64,000 nt of DNA from an uncultured Clostridia bacterium (GTDB lineage: Bacteria > Bacillota > Clostridia > TANB77 > CAG-508). The position numbers and the translations under genes were made by a program. Shown one piece after another: positions 39,839 through 51,362 of the stretch. The notes beneath the pieces were generated by a model. The model was given only the letters and a program-made list of their open reading frames with translations, had not been told where the DNA came from and did no database searches. Position 1 is the first letter of the stretch, and every line of letters begins with the position of its first letter. The stretch covers positions 98,789 through 162,788 of the forward strand of contig CAKPNF010000002.1 in NCBI GenBank assembly GCA_934168305.1, given 5' to 3'.

Positions 39839-40210
39839 ATGAAAAATTCAAAAATAACAAAAATAGTTTTAATAATAATGATATGTTTATCAATGATATT
39901 AGTTACAAGATATGTATTTGCTGATGAAATAAATTTAGACCAAACAAATTCTTTATTAGGAAATAATTTTATAACTCTTAACAGCGATGATAATGGAAAT
40001 ACTGTAGGGAATAATACAGTAAATAATACAGTGAATAATACAGCGAATAAAGTAGTATTAACAACAAATAATACAAGTAATTATAACAACAATACTTCTT
40101 TACCAAAAACAGGTGTAGGAGATTCTATTCCAGGAGTAATTTTTGTAGTTGTATTAGGAATATCTGCAGTATATGCATACAAAAAAATGCAAGATTATAA
40201 AAACATATAA
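39839..40210 (+). CDS. Small LPXTG cell-wall-anchored protein (Asn/Thr-rich)
   Basis: A signal peptide and NNTVNNTVNNTAN repeats are present. The C-terminus has LPKTG, then a hydrophobic segment, then a KKMQDYK tail. Confidence 0.65.
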   Translation: MKNSKITKIVLIIMICLSMILVTRYVFADEINLDQTNSLLGNNFITLNSDDNGNTVGNNTVNNTVNNTANKVVLTTNNTSNYNNNTSLPKTGVGDSIPGVIFVVVLGISAVYAYKKMQDYKNI

Positions 40211-40226
40211 TTAAGTATAAAATTAA

Positions 40227-42314
<2,088 letters not shown>

Positions 42315-42324
42315 AAATCAGTAG

Positions 42325-42396
42325 GGACGTTGTTTAACTGGTTGAAAAATAAAAAAATAAATTCAGTAACTATTCAACTAGTTAAACAACGTCCCC
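42325..42396 (+). terminator. Long palindrome (23-24 bp arms GGGACGTTGTTTAACTGGTTGAA / TTCAACTAGTTAAACAACGTCCCC) followed by a T-run, after ligA
   Basis: It is a near-perfect inverted repeat with a 25 nt AT-rich loop, followed by ATTGGTTTTT. It shares GACGTT / CCATTGG cores with the family-3 elements. Confidence 0.6.
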
Positions 42397-42426
42397 ATTG
42401 GTTTTTAAATTGCGAAAGGAGAAAAG

Positions 42427-42669
42427 ATGGAAGAAAAGTATACTTTTGAAATGATGTGGGAAGACTTAAATAATGGATATCAAATATATTATACATATGT
42501 AAGAAATAGATATTTATTATTCAAGACAGCACCGAATTGCTACACACAAAAACTATTATCAGAACATAAAAAAAACCCACAACCTAAAATGTCAATGCTT
42601 ACATTAAAAAGAGTTAGAGAAATGTTTCCAGATATGGAAGATATAGAATATAAAGTTATTTCTGACTAG
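42427..42669 (+). CDS. Hypothetical protein (80 aa)
   Basis: It is an ORF with an AGGAG RBS. No family was recognised. Confidence 0.4.
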   Translation: MEEKYTFEMMWEDLNNGYQIYYTYVRNRYLLFKTAPNCYTQKLLSEHKKNPQPKMSMLTLKRVREMFPDMEDIEYKVISD

Positions 42670-42692
42670 TAATTAAAATTTTGGAGGTAAAA

Positions 42693-43301
42693 GTGAATAT
42701 AGGAATTGATTTAGACGGTGTTTTAACAAATTACAGAAAATTTGCAATAGAAAAAGGACAAAAATATTGTGAAGAAAATGGTAAAGGGAGATTAGTAAAT
42801 CCAAAAGCTTATTATATAAATGATATGTTTAATTGGGACGAAGAAACAGAAGTAGATTTTTGGACACAAAATATATTTTTATATGCAGAAAACAACCCTG
42901 CAATTCCAGGAGCATCAGATAATATAAAAAAATTAAAAAAAGATGGAAATACTATATTTATTATAACTGCAAGATTATTTGCAAGTCCAGATACTGAATG
43001 TTCAGACGAAATTAAAGAAAAAATGAGAAAAACAGTTAAAAATTGGCTAGATAAAAACCAAATTGAGTATGATTATTTAATATTTTCAAGAGAGAATAAA
43101 ACAAAAGATATTATTGAAAATAACATTGATATTATGATAGAAGATTCACCAAATAATTTAAAAAAATTATCAGAATTAACCCAAATGATATGTGTTGATT
43201 GGCCATATAACAAAAGTGTAGAAAATGATAATATATATAGATGTTATAATTGGAATGAAATATACAAAAAAATAATAGAAATAGGTAAAAAAAGGAGATA
43301 A
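42693..43301 (+). CDS. 5'(3')-deoxyribonucleotidase, HAD superfamily (NT5C/YorS-like)
   Basis: IGIDLDGVL is the HAD DxDGV motif I. The likely start is the GTG at 42693 after GGAGG; the six-frame ORF starts at a TTG inside the RBS. Confidence 0.6.
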   Translation: MNIGIDLDGVLTNYRKFAIEKGQKYCEENGKGRLVNPKAYYINDMFNWDEETEVDFWTQNIFLYAENNPAIPGASDNIKKLKKDGNTIFIITARLFASPDTECSDEIKEKMRKTVKNWLDKNQIEYDYLIFSRENKTKDIIENNIDIMIEDSPNNLKKLSELTQMICVDWPYNKSVENDNIYRCYNWNEIYKKIIEIGKKRR

Positions 43302-43304
43302 AAA

Positions 43305-44162
43305 ATGGCTATAATAATTGATGGAAAAGAATTAGCAAAAAAAATAAGAATGAATTTAAAAATAGAATATCAAGAGCTGAAACAAAAAAATATAAAATCA
43401 AAATTAGTTGTAATAATGGTAGGAGACAATTCAGCATCAAAAATATATGTAAAAAACAAGAATAAAGCATGTGAAGATGTTGGGATAGAATATGAAGAAT
43501 ATTTATTAGGAATGGAAACATCACAAAAAGAATTAATAGATTTAATTGAAAAATTAAATGAAGATAAATCAGTAAATGCAATATTGTTACAAAGTCCAAT
43601 ACCATCAAACTTAAATATAAATGAAGCATTTACAACAATATCACCAGAAAAAGACATTGATGGTTTTAATACATTAAATGTTGGAAAACTAGTTTTAAAT
43701 CAAGATACTTTCGTACCTTGTACTCCATATGGAATTATGAAAATATTTGAAGAATACAACATTGACTTAAGTGGTAAGAATGTGGTAATATTAGGAAGAA
43801 GCAATATTGTAGGAAAACCTTTAATACATTGTTGTTTAAATAGAAATGCAACAGTAACAACTTGTCATTCTAAAACTCAAAATATAAAAGAAATTACATT
43901 AAAAGCAGATATTTTAATTTCTGCAATAGGAAAAGCTAATTTCGTAACAGCTGATATGGTAAAGGAAAATGCTGTTGTAATTGATGTAGGAATTAACAGA
44001 TTAGAAAATGGAAAAATTACAGGAGATGTAGATTTTGATAATGTAAAAGAAAAAGCAAGCTATATAACACCAGTTCCTGGGGGAGTGGGACCGATGACGA
44101 TAGCTATGCTTATGAACAATGTTATTAAGGCAACAAAAAGGCAAAATGGAATAATAGATTAA
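43305..44162 (+). CDS. folD: Bifunctional methylenetetrahydrofolate dehydrogenase/cyclohydrolase
   Basis: The N-terminus is IIDGKELAKKIR. The 285 aa protein shows the FolD pattern (GRSNIVGKP, PVPGGVGPMT). Confidence 0.9.
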   Translation: MAIIIDGKELAKKIRMNLKIEYQELKQKNIKSKLVVIMVGDNSASKIYVKNKNKACEDVGIEYEEYLLGMETSQKELIDLIEKLNEDKSVNAILLQSPIPSNLNINEAFTTISPEKDIDGFNTLNVGKLVLNQDTFVPCTPYGIMKIFEEYNIDLSGKNVVILGRSNIVGKPLIHCCLNRNATVTTCHSKTQNIKEITLKADILISAIGKANFVTADMVKENAVVIDVGINRLENGKITGDVDFDNVKEKASYITPVPGGVGPMTIAMLMNNVIKATKRQNGIID

Positions 44163-44206
44163 TAATAAAAATGTGGGACACCTTTATTTTGGTGTTCTTT
44201 TTATTT

Positions 44207-44282
44207 GAGACAAATGGGACAGTCCATGAGACAAATGGGACAGTCCAAAAATGTCTTATAAAAAATGTCGAAAAATGTCAAT
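44207..44282. repeat. Family-2 repeat arm with an internal 21 bp tandem duplication (TGAGACAAATGGGACAGTCCA x2)
   Basis: It is followed by AAAATGTCTTATAAAAAATGTCGAAAAATGTCA, which matches the left-arm continuation of the 38445 element. It lies 50 bp upstream of dprA. Confidence 0.7.
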
Positions 44283-44334
44283 TAATTATATTAAAAGAAA
44301 ATAAAAGACAAAATGTATATTAAGGAGGAAAGAA

Positions 44335-45219
44335 TTGGAAAATTTGGAAGAAAAAAGATATTGGATATGGTTAAGCTTAATTAAAAATTTAGGAGCAATA
44401 AGAAAAAATAAACTATTAGAACTATATAAAAGTCCTAAAAAAATATATGATTTAAAAAATGAAGAACTTTTAAAAGTAGATGGAATAGGAGAAGAAACAG
44501 TTAAAAATATAATAAATTCAAAGAACAAACAATTATTGGATTATCATATAAAATATATGAAAGAAAATAATATTGATATTATCAACATATATGAAGAAGA
44601 TTATCCACAACAATTAAAAGAAATCTATGATCCTCCAGTAACTTTATATATAAAAGGAAATAGAAAGATATTAAATAATAAAAATATAGGAATAGTAGGG
44701 TGTAGGGAATGTACTAATTATGGAAGGAAATCATCTAAATATTTTGCCTATAATTTATCAAAACAAAATATAAATATTGTAAGTGGATTAGCAAAAGGTG
44801 TGGATAGTTATGCACATATAGGATGTTTATCCACATGTATAGAAAATAAAAGTTATGGAAAAACAATAGCTGTTGTGGGAAATGGGTTAGATATGGTGTA
44901 TCCTAGAGAAAATTTAGAAATAGCAAAAGAAATTTTGAAAAGTGGAGGTACTATTATTTCAGAATATCCTTGTGGCACTAAGCCAGACAAGATGAATTTT
45001 CCCGCTAGAAATAGGATTATTAGTGGTATTTGTTCTGGAATAATTGTGGTTGAAGCTAAAGAAAAAAGTGGAACTTTAATAACTGTTGATTTTGCACTAG
45101 AACAAGGAAGAGATGTTTTTGTTGTTCCTGGAAATATTAATTCAATCAATTCTGTTGGTACAAATGAACTAATAAAGAAAGGAGCAAAAATGATTACATC
45201 CTATATTGAAGTTTTATAG
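44335..45219 (+). CDS. dprA: DNA processing protein A
   Basis: A SAM-like N-domain is followed by a Rossmann-like DprA domain (GIVGCRECTNYG...GLAKGVDSYAH). It uses a TTG start after an AAGGAGG RBS. Confidence 0.8.
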   Translation: MENLEEKRYWIWLSLIKNLGAIRKNKLLELYKSPKKIYDLKNEELLKVDGIGEETVKNIINSKNKQLLDYHIKYMKENNIDIINIYEEDYPQQLKEIYDPPVTLYIKGNRKILNNKNIGIVGCRECTNYGRKSSKYFAYNLSKQNINIVSGLAKGVDSYAHIGCLSTCIENKSYGKTIAVVGNGLDMVYPRENLEIAKEILKSGGTIISEYPCGTKPDKMNFPARNRIISGICSGIIVVEAKEKSGTLITVDFALEQGRDVFVVPGNINSINSVGTNELIKKGAKMITSYIEVL

Positions 45220-45410
45220 ATGTATTTTTTGTATTTTAATTTACAAATTAGTAATTTTGTGATATACATAATATTACTATATAGTAATATAGTTTTTATT
45301 CAAATTTTTTATATTAAATTTTAGTCTTGTAAATTTCCACAAAATTAAGTAAATTATAGATAATAAATTAATGAGGAAAAAATATTTATAAATAAACCTT
45401 AAAATTAATG

Positions 45411-45439
45411 TTGACAAATTGGTTATGCAATAATATAAT
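45411..45439 (+). promoter_or_regulatory. Consensus sigma-A promoter TTGACA-17-TATAAT
   Basis: TTGACA is at 45411-45416 and TATAAT at 45434-45439. It lies in a 300 bp AT-rich intergenic region upstream of the coiled-coil repeat gene. Confidence 0.6.
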
Positions 45440-45532
45440 GTTTTTACTAAATTGAATTAATAAGATTAAGAGGCATTTATTCCAAAAATAGGTATTACTA
45501 TATAGTAAATATTTAAGGAGGGAGGAGTGCGT

Positions 45533-45934
45533 ATGGAAGAGAAGATATTAAAAGAACTTAAGGCTATTAATGTAAAACTTCAAGAAACAGAAGAAAAAAT
45601 AACTGCAACAATGAGAAAAGAAATACAAGAAACAGAAGAAAAAATAACTGAAACAATGAGAAAAGAAATACAAGAAACAGAAGAAAAAATAACTACAACA
45701 ATGAGAGAAGAAATACAAGAAGCAAAAGAAAAAATAACTGCAACATTGAGAAAAGAAATGAATCAAAGAATAGGACAATCTACAACAGAAATATCAAATG
45801 AAATTAAAGATTTGTGCGAGGTTATTGAGAAAAAAGAAAATAAAAATAAAGATGACATGAAAAAAGATCTAAGACAACATGAAAACAAAGTTTTAAAAGG
45901 AGTAGAGGCATTAAAAAAAGTTTTAGCTAGCTAA
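45533..45934 (+). CDS. Small coiled-coil protein with four tandem 15-aa repeats (QETEEKITxTMRKEI)
   Basis: A strong RBS AAGGAGGGAGGAG is present. The 45 bp DNA tandem repeats at 45584-45763 encode the repeated peptide. A terminator hairpin lies at about 45998-46030. Confidence 0.6.
   Translation: MEEKILKELKAINVKLQETEEKITATMRKEIQETEEKITETMRKEIQETEEKITTTMREEIQEAKEKITATLRKEMNQRIGQSTTEISNEIKDLCEVIEKKENKNKDDMKKDLRQHENKVLKGVEALKKVLAS
45584..45763 (+). repeat. Coding tandem repeat, 45 bp x 4
   Basis: CAAGAAACAGAAGAAAAAATAACTGCAACAATGAGAAAAGAAATA and variants are repeated directly. Confidence 0.8.
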
Positions 45935-46113
45935 GTTATTTTTAAAGTGATGCATTAAAAAAATGTAATATTATTTATAATAAAATTATCAACAATCTGC
46001 AAAAGAACACTTGAAAAGTGTTCTTTTTTGTTATAAAATTGTATTACCTTAACAAAAAAGGTAAATACTATAAAAAATACCAAATTTTATAAATTTAGGA
46101 GGAATGAAAAATT

Positions 46114-47298
46114 ATGAATAAAAAAACTGTAAAAGACATTAATTTAAAAGGAAAAAAAGTATTTGTAAGATGTGATTTCAACGTACCAATGGACGAAAAT
46201 CAAAAAATAACAGACAACACAAGAATAGTTGCAGCATTACCAACAATAAAATATTTATTAGAGCAAAATTGTAAAATAATATTAGCATCACATTTAGGAA
46301 GACCAAAGGGAGAAGTAAAACCAGAATTTTCTTTAAAACCAGTAGCAAAAGAATTATCAAAATTATTAAATAAAGAAGTTATTATGGCAAATGATGTAAT
46401 AGGAGAAGATGCTACATCTAAAGCAGCAAACCTAAAAGAAGGAGAAATAATGCTACTTGAAAACGTAAGATTCCACAGAGAAGAAACAGACAATGACCCA
46501 GAATTTGCAAAAAAATTAGCATCAATGGCAGAAATATTTGTAAATGATGCATTCGGAGCAGCACATAGAGCACATGCATCAACAGCAGGAATAGCATCAT
46601 ATATACCTGCAGTATCAGGTTTTCTAATAGAAAAAGAATTAAATGTATTAGGAAATGCAATAAACAATCCTGAAAGACCATTTGTAGCAATACTTGGTGG
46701 GGCAAAAGTATCTGATAAAATAGGAGTAATTGATAGCTTATTAGACAAAGTAGACACATTAATGATAGGTGGAGGAATGGCATATACATTCTTTAAAGCA
46801 CAAGGATATAATGTAGGAAATTCACTATGTGAGGTAGACAAAACAGGATTAGCATTAGAAGCTATGGAAAAAGCAAAACAAAAAGGTGTAAAACTATTAT
46901 TACCTGTTGACACAAAAGTAGGAAAGGAATTTAAACCAGATACAGAAAGCAAAACAGTTGCATGGACAGAAATACCAGATGATTGGGAAGGTTTTGATAT
47001 TGGAGAAAAAACAATTGCGATGTTTAAAGAAGAATTAAAAAATGCCAAAACAGTAATATGGAATGGACCATTAGGATTATTTGAATTTGATCAATTTGCA
47101 ATTGGAACAAATGAAATAGCAAAAGCTTTAGCCGAATTAGATGCAACAACAATTATAGGAGGAGGAGACTCTGGAGCAGCAGTAGAAAAAGCAGGATTAG
47201 CAGACAAAATGACACATATTTCTACAGGTGGAGGAGCATCACTTGAGTTCTTAGAAGGAAAAAAACTACCAGGAATTGAATGCTTACAAGATAAATAA
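46114..47298 (+). CDS. pgk: Phosphoglycerate kinase
   Basis: The N-terminus is [14 protein letters not shown]. The 394 aa PGK fold with GGGASLE is present. Confidence 0.9.
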   Translation: MNKKTVKDINLKGKKVFVRCDFNVPMDENQKITDNTRIVAALPTIKYLLEQNCKIILASHLGRPKGEVKPEFSLKPVAKELSKLLNKEVIMANDVIGEDATSKAANLKEGEIMLLENVRFHREETDNDPEFAKKLASMAEIFVNDAFGAAHRAHASTAGIASYIPAVSGFLIEKELNVLGNAINNPERPFVAILGGAKVSDKIGVIDSLLDKVDTLMIGGGMAYTFFKAQGYNVGNSLCEVDKTGLALEAMEKAKQKGVKLLLPVDTKVGKEFKPDTESKTVAWTEIPDDWEGFDIGEKTIAMFKEELKNAKTVIWNGPLGLFEFDQFAIGTNEIAKALAELDATTIIGGGDSGAAVEKAGLADKMTHISTGGGASLEFLEGKKLPGIECLQDK

Positions 47299-47303
47299 AA
47301 AGA

Positions 47304-47376
47304 GGGATTAAGGGGCCACCACACAAAATCCCTCCAAAAAATTAGCCGGGATTTTATGTGGTGGCCCATTAATCCC
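47304..47376. repeat. Family-1 palindromic repeat (inverted pair of 29 bp units, second copy slightly diverged) between pgk and tpiA
   Basis: GGGATTAAGGGGCCACCACACAAAATCCC is at 47304-47332 and GGGATTTTATGTGGTGGCCCATTAATCCC at 47348-47376. It begins 5 bp after the pgk stop. Confidence 0.8.
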
Positions 47377-47402
47377 GAAAATTTTTGAAATGGAGAAAAA
47401 TT

Positions 47403-48155
47403 ATGAGAAAAAAAGTAATTGCAGGTAATTGGAAAATGAATATGCTTCCAAATGAAGCAATAGATTTTATAGAAAAATTGGCGCCATTAGTAAAAAATAC
47501 AAAAAACGAAGTAATATTATGTGTGCCTTATACAGATTTATTTTATGCATTATTAACAGCACAAGGAACAAATATAAAAATAGGAGCACAAAATATGCAT
47601 TTTGAAGAAAAAGGAGCATATACAGGAGAAGTCTCAGGAAAAATGCTAAAATCAATTGGAGTAGAATATGTTATAATAGGTCACTCTGAAAGAAGACAAT
47701 ATTTTAATGAAACAGATGAAACAGTAAATAAAAAAATAAAAGTAGCATTTGATAATGGATTAAAACCAATTGTATGTGTTGGAGAGACACTAGAACAAAG
47801 AGAAGCAAACCAAACAAAAGAAGTAATCACAAAACAAACAGAACTAGCATTGAAAGGATTAACAGAAGAACAAGTAGAAAATACAATAATAGCATATGAA
47901 CCAATATGGGCAATAGGAACAGGAAAAACTGCAACATCAGAACAAGCAAATGATGCAATAAAATCAATTCGTGACAAAATTTGTCAAATCTATGGACAAA
48001 ATGTAGGAAACGGAGTTATAATACAATATGGCGGTAGCGTAAAATCATCAAATGCTAAAGAAATATTTGAGATGTCAGATATAGATGGAGGATTAGTTGG
48101 TGGAGCAAGCTTAAAGCCAGACGAATTTGCTAAAATAGTAAATTATGAATTATAA
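47403..48155 (+). CDS. tpiA: Triosephosphate isomerase
   Basis: The N-terminus is VIAGNWKMN and the active site is [11 protein letters not shown]. The start is taken at 47403 (after a GGAG RBS) rather than the upstream in-frame ATG inside the repeat. Confidence 0.9.
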   Translation: MRKKVIAGNWKMNMLPNEAIDFIEKLAPLVKNTKNEVILCVPYTDLFYALLTAQGTNIKIGAQNMHFEEKGAYTGEVSGKMLKSIGVEYVIIGHSERRQYFNETDETVNKKIKVAFDNGLKPIVCVGETLEQREANQTKEVITKQTELALKGLTEEQVENTIIAYEPIWAIGTGKTATSEQANDAIKSIRDKICQIYGQNVGNGVIIQYGGSVKSSNAKEIFEMSDIDGGLVGGASLKPDEFAKIVNYEL

Positions 48156-48187
48156 AACTCTAATAATTAAAGAAAGGAAGCATAATA

Positions 48188-49726
48188 ATGAATAACAAAG
48201 TAACAATGCTAATGATATTAGATGGGTTTGGAGATAACAAAAATAAAGATGGAAATGCAATAAAACTAGCAAAAACACCTAATATTGATAAACTAATGAA
48301 AAAATATCCTAATACAGATATATATACAAGTGGATTACATGTTGGACTACCAGAAGGGCAAATGGGAAATTCTGAAGTAGGTCACACAAATATAGGTGCA
48401 GGAAGAATAGTATATCAAGAATTAACAAGAATAACAAAATCTATAGAAGATGGAGACTTTTTTAGTAATCCAGAATTTATAGCAGCAATAGAAAATTGTA
48501 AAAAACACAATTCAAAATTGCACATTTTAGGGTTAGTATCAGATGGCGGAGTTCATAGCCATATAAGACATTTATATGGATTATTAGAAATGGCAAAAAG
48601 AAGAGATTTTGAAGATGTATATGTGCATTGTTTCTTAGATGGAAGGGACACACCACCAGCATCTGCCGAAAATTATATTGCTGAACTACAAGAAAAAATG
48701 AAAGAAAAAGGAATAGGAAAAATAGCAACTCTTTCAGGAAGATTCTATGCAATGGATAGAGATAAAAGATGGCAAAGAGTTCAAAAATGTTATGATGCCT
48801 TGGTAAATGGAGAAGGAATAAAAGCAGGAGATAGTATAAAAGCAATTGAAGATTCATATCAAAAAGAAGTATTTGATGAGTTCGTAGAACCAACAGTAAT
48901 ATGTAACGGAAATGAACCAGTTGCAAAAATAGAAGAAAATGATTCTGTAATATTCTTTAATTTCAGACCAGACAGAGCAAGAGAAATAACAAGAGCTCTA
49001 GTTGATAAAGACTTTAATGAATTTGAAACAAAGAAAATGAATTTATATTATGTATGTTTTACAAGTTATGACGAAACAATGCCAAATGTTCATATTGCAT
49101 TTAAAAAAGAAAGATTAAATAATACATTTGGAGAAGTAGTATCAAAACACAATTTGACACAGTTAAGAATTGCAGAAACAGAAAAATATGCACATGTAAC
49201 ATTTTTCTTTAATGGTGGAGAAGAAAAACAATATCCAGGAGAAGATAGAATTCTAGTTCCATCACCAAAAGTAGAAACATATGACATGAAACCAGAAATG
49301 AGTGCATATGAAGTAACAGATAAAGTATGTGAAGCATTAGAAAATGAAAAATATAATGTAGTAATATTAAATTATGCAAATACAGATATGGTAGGGCACA
49401 CAGGAAGTTTACAAGCTGCAATAAGAGCGGTAGAAACAATTGATGAATGTGTAGGTAGAGTCGTAAAAGTTATAGAGGAGAAAAAAGGAAACTTAATTAT
49501 TACAGCAGACCATGGAAATGCAGAACAAATGATAGATTATAAAACTGGAGAACCACATACAGCACATACAACAAACCCAGTGCCAATAATATTAGTAACA
49601 GATAATAAAGATTATAAATTAAAAGAAAATGGAAAATTAGCAGATTTAGCACCAACAATGCTTGACTTAATGGGTATAGAAAAACCAGAAGAAATGACAG
49701 GAGAAAGCTTGTTAGTCAAAGAATAG
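48188..49726 (+). CDS. gpmI: 2,3-bisphosphoglycerate-independent phosphoglycerate mutase
   Basis: The 512 aa protein shows the iPGM pattern ([23 protein letters not shown]). Confidence 0.9.
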   Translation: MNNKVTMLMILDGFGDNKNKDGNAIKLAKTPNIDKLMKKYPNTDIYTSGLHVGLPEGQMGNSEVGHTNIGAGRIVYQELTRITKSIEDGDFFSNPEFIAAIENCKKHNSKLHILGLVSDGGVHSHIRHLYGLLEMAKRRDFEDVYVHCFLDGRDTPPASAENYIAELQEKMKEKGIGKIATLSGRFYAMDRDKRWQRVQKCYDALVNGEGIKAGDSIKAIEDSYQKEVFDEFVEPTVICNGNEPVAKIEENDSVIFFNFRPDRAREITRALVDKDFNEFETKKMNLYYVCFTSYDETMPNVHIAFKKERLNNTFGEVVSKHNLTQLRIAETEKYAHVTFFFNGGEEKQYPGEDRILVPSPKVETYDMKPEMSAYEVTDKVCEALENEKYNVVILNYANTDMVGHTGSLQAAIRAVETIDECVGRVVKVIEEKKGNLIITADHGNAEQMIDYKTGEPHTAHTTNPVPIILVTDNKDYKLKENGKLADLAPTMLDLMGIEKPEEMTGESLLVKE

Positions 49727-49734
49727 GGGTAAAT

Positions 49735-50409
49735 ATGTTAAAACATACGAAGAAAATAAAAGAGATGTATGAAGATATTCAAAGAAGAATATTTTATATG
49801 ATACCAGAAAAATGGGATAAAATGTATTTATATGCTTCAGTAACTGACTTAATAGATGAACATAAAACAGGGGAATTGTTCTTCTATTATATTCCAAAAG
49901 GAATATTTAAGAAGAACCCCGTTAATGTCTATGAAATACCCCAAAAGTTCAATTTAGATGAAAAAGAGTATCTAAAATTAGTAAATATTTTATATCAAAA
50001 AATCATAGAATTAAGAGAAGAGTTTAAGAAAATAGAACTTGTACCAACATGGACTAATATTATAATGTCAATTGAAGGCATAAAATTTAAAATTGAATAT
50101 GATTATGAAGATTTAAGTAAATCTAAATTTTCAAGTTATGAAAGACATATAATATGGAGGTATAATTATCTAGGAATTAAAGAAGAACAACTTAATAAAA
50201 AAGAAAAAGAAATAATAGAAAGATATTTAATAGGCGAAAAAGTTATTAGACGAAGAGAAAGGTACGAAGCGGGAATATACATAAAAAATATAAAAAACAT
50301 AGTAGATTATGACACTGAAAATTATTCATCAGAACAAAATATAGAGTATGTTGCAACAAGAGATAAAATGGCTAGAAATCAGATTATAATGACAGATAGC
50401 AAAAATTAA
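49735..50409 (+). CDS. DUF600 / YezG-family immunity-protein homologue (TIGR01741-like), orphan
   Basis: MYEDIQRRIFYMIPEKWDKMYLYASVTD...GELFFYYIPKG...ELVPTWTNIIMSIEGIKFKIEYDYEDL...IIWRYNYLGI matches the DUF600 pattern (MYNEIAN.I..MIPxEWEKVY...GGEVFF.Y...PW...F.F.REG.L...FDY). Confidence 0.7.
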   Translation: MLKHTKKIKEMYEDIQRRIFYMIPEKWDKMYLYASVTDLIDEHKTGELFFYYIPKGIFKKNPVNVYEIPQKFNLDEKEYLKLVNILYQKIIELREEFKKIELVPTWTNIIMSIEGIKFKIEYDYEDLSKSKFSSYERHIIWRYNYLGIKEEQLNKKEKEIIERYLIGEKVIRRRERYEAGIYIKNIKNIVDYDTENYSSEQNIEYVATRDKMARNQIIMTDSKN

Positions 50410-50488
50410 AAAAAGTTATTAATTATTGGAAGAAGTTCTAATAATAATATAAAATATAAAAACAAAGTATTGAAGGGAGCAATGAAAG

Positions 50489-51181
50489 ATGATTTATTCA
50501 AAAGAATTAGAAGGAATGTGCACAGTAGCAAAAGGAGTAAACCATGGACCAGCACCAATTCCAGAAGAAGGAAAATGGGTAAAAGCAAAAGAAATAAAAG
50601 ATATATCAGGATTAACACATGGTATTGGATGGTGTGCACCTCAACAAGGAGCATGTAAATTAACATTAAATGTAAAGGACGGAATAATCCAAGAAGCATT
50701 AATAGAAACAGTTGGATGTTCAGGAATGACACACTCAGCTGCAATGGCAGGAGAAATTTTAACAGGAAAAACAATATTAGAAGCATTAAACACAGATTTA
50801 GTATGTGATGCTATAAATACTGCTATGAGAGAATTATTCTTGCAAATAGTATATGGTAGAACACAAACAGCTTTCTCAGAAGGAGGACTTCCAGTAGGAG
50901 CAGGACTTGAAGATTTAGGAAAAGGACACACATCACAAGTAGGAACAATTTATTCAAGTTCATTAAAAGGACCAAGATACTTAAATCTTGCAGAAGGTTA
51001 CATAGTTGAATTAGGTTTAGATAAAGATGACCAAATTATTGGTTATAAATATGTTCATTTAGGAAAAATGATGGATAACATCAAAAAAGGAATTGATCCT
51101 AAAGAGGCTATTGAAAAAGCTTCTGGTACATATGGAAGATTTGATGAGGCTGTTAAGAAGATTGATCCAAGAGAGGAATAA
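50489..51181 (+). CDS. NifU/IscU-like Fe-S scaffold-domain protein (partner of GGGtGRT protein)
   Basis: The Cys-containing motifs GWCAPQQGAC and VGCSGMTHSAAMAGEIL resemble the IscU N-terminal scaffold. A GGGtGRT-family gene lies downstream. The assignment is moderate and needs an HMM check. Confidence 0.5.
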   Translation: MIYSKELEGMCTVAKGVNHGPAPIPEEGKWVKAKEIKDISGLTHGIGWCAPQQGACKLTLNVKDGIIQEALIETVGCSGMTHSAAMAGEILTGKTILEALNTDLVCDAINTAMRELFLQIVYGRTQTAFSEGGLPVGAGLEDLGKGHTSQVGTIYSSSLKGPRYLNLAEGYIVELGLDKDDQIIGYKYVHLGKMMDNIKKGIDPKEAIEKASGTYGRFDEAVKKIDPREE

Positions 51182-51362
51182 AAAACGAATGAAAAGCACT
51201 ATCTTGAGTTGCCAAACTTCATAAAAATTTTAGCGATATACAAACGTACTATCTCAAAAATTTTTATTAGTTTTCTCAGCAATATAGCACTTTTGCTTCG
51301 TTTTAGATAATAAATAAAACTTATAAAAAAATATAAAACCATAATTTAGAGGAGGAATAAAA

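Noticed and set aside
45584-45763. Regular 45 bp tandem repeats considered as a CRISPR-like array.
   Set aside because: The repeats are contiguous with no spacers, lie in frame within an ORF and encode a repeated peptide. No cas genes are present.
50470-50658. A 62 aa ORF overlapping the start of the NifU-like gene in another frame.
   Set aside because: It is out of frame with the conserved Cys-motif protein. The proper RBS serves the 50489 ATG.
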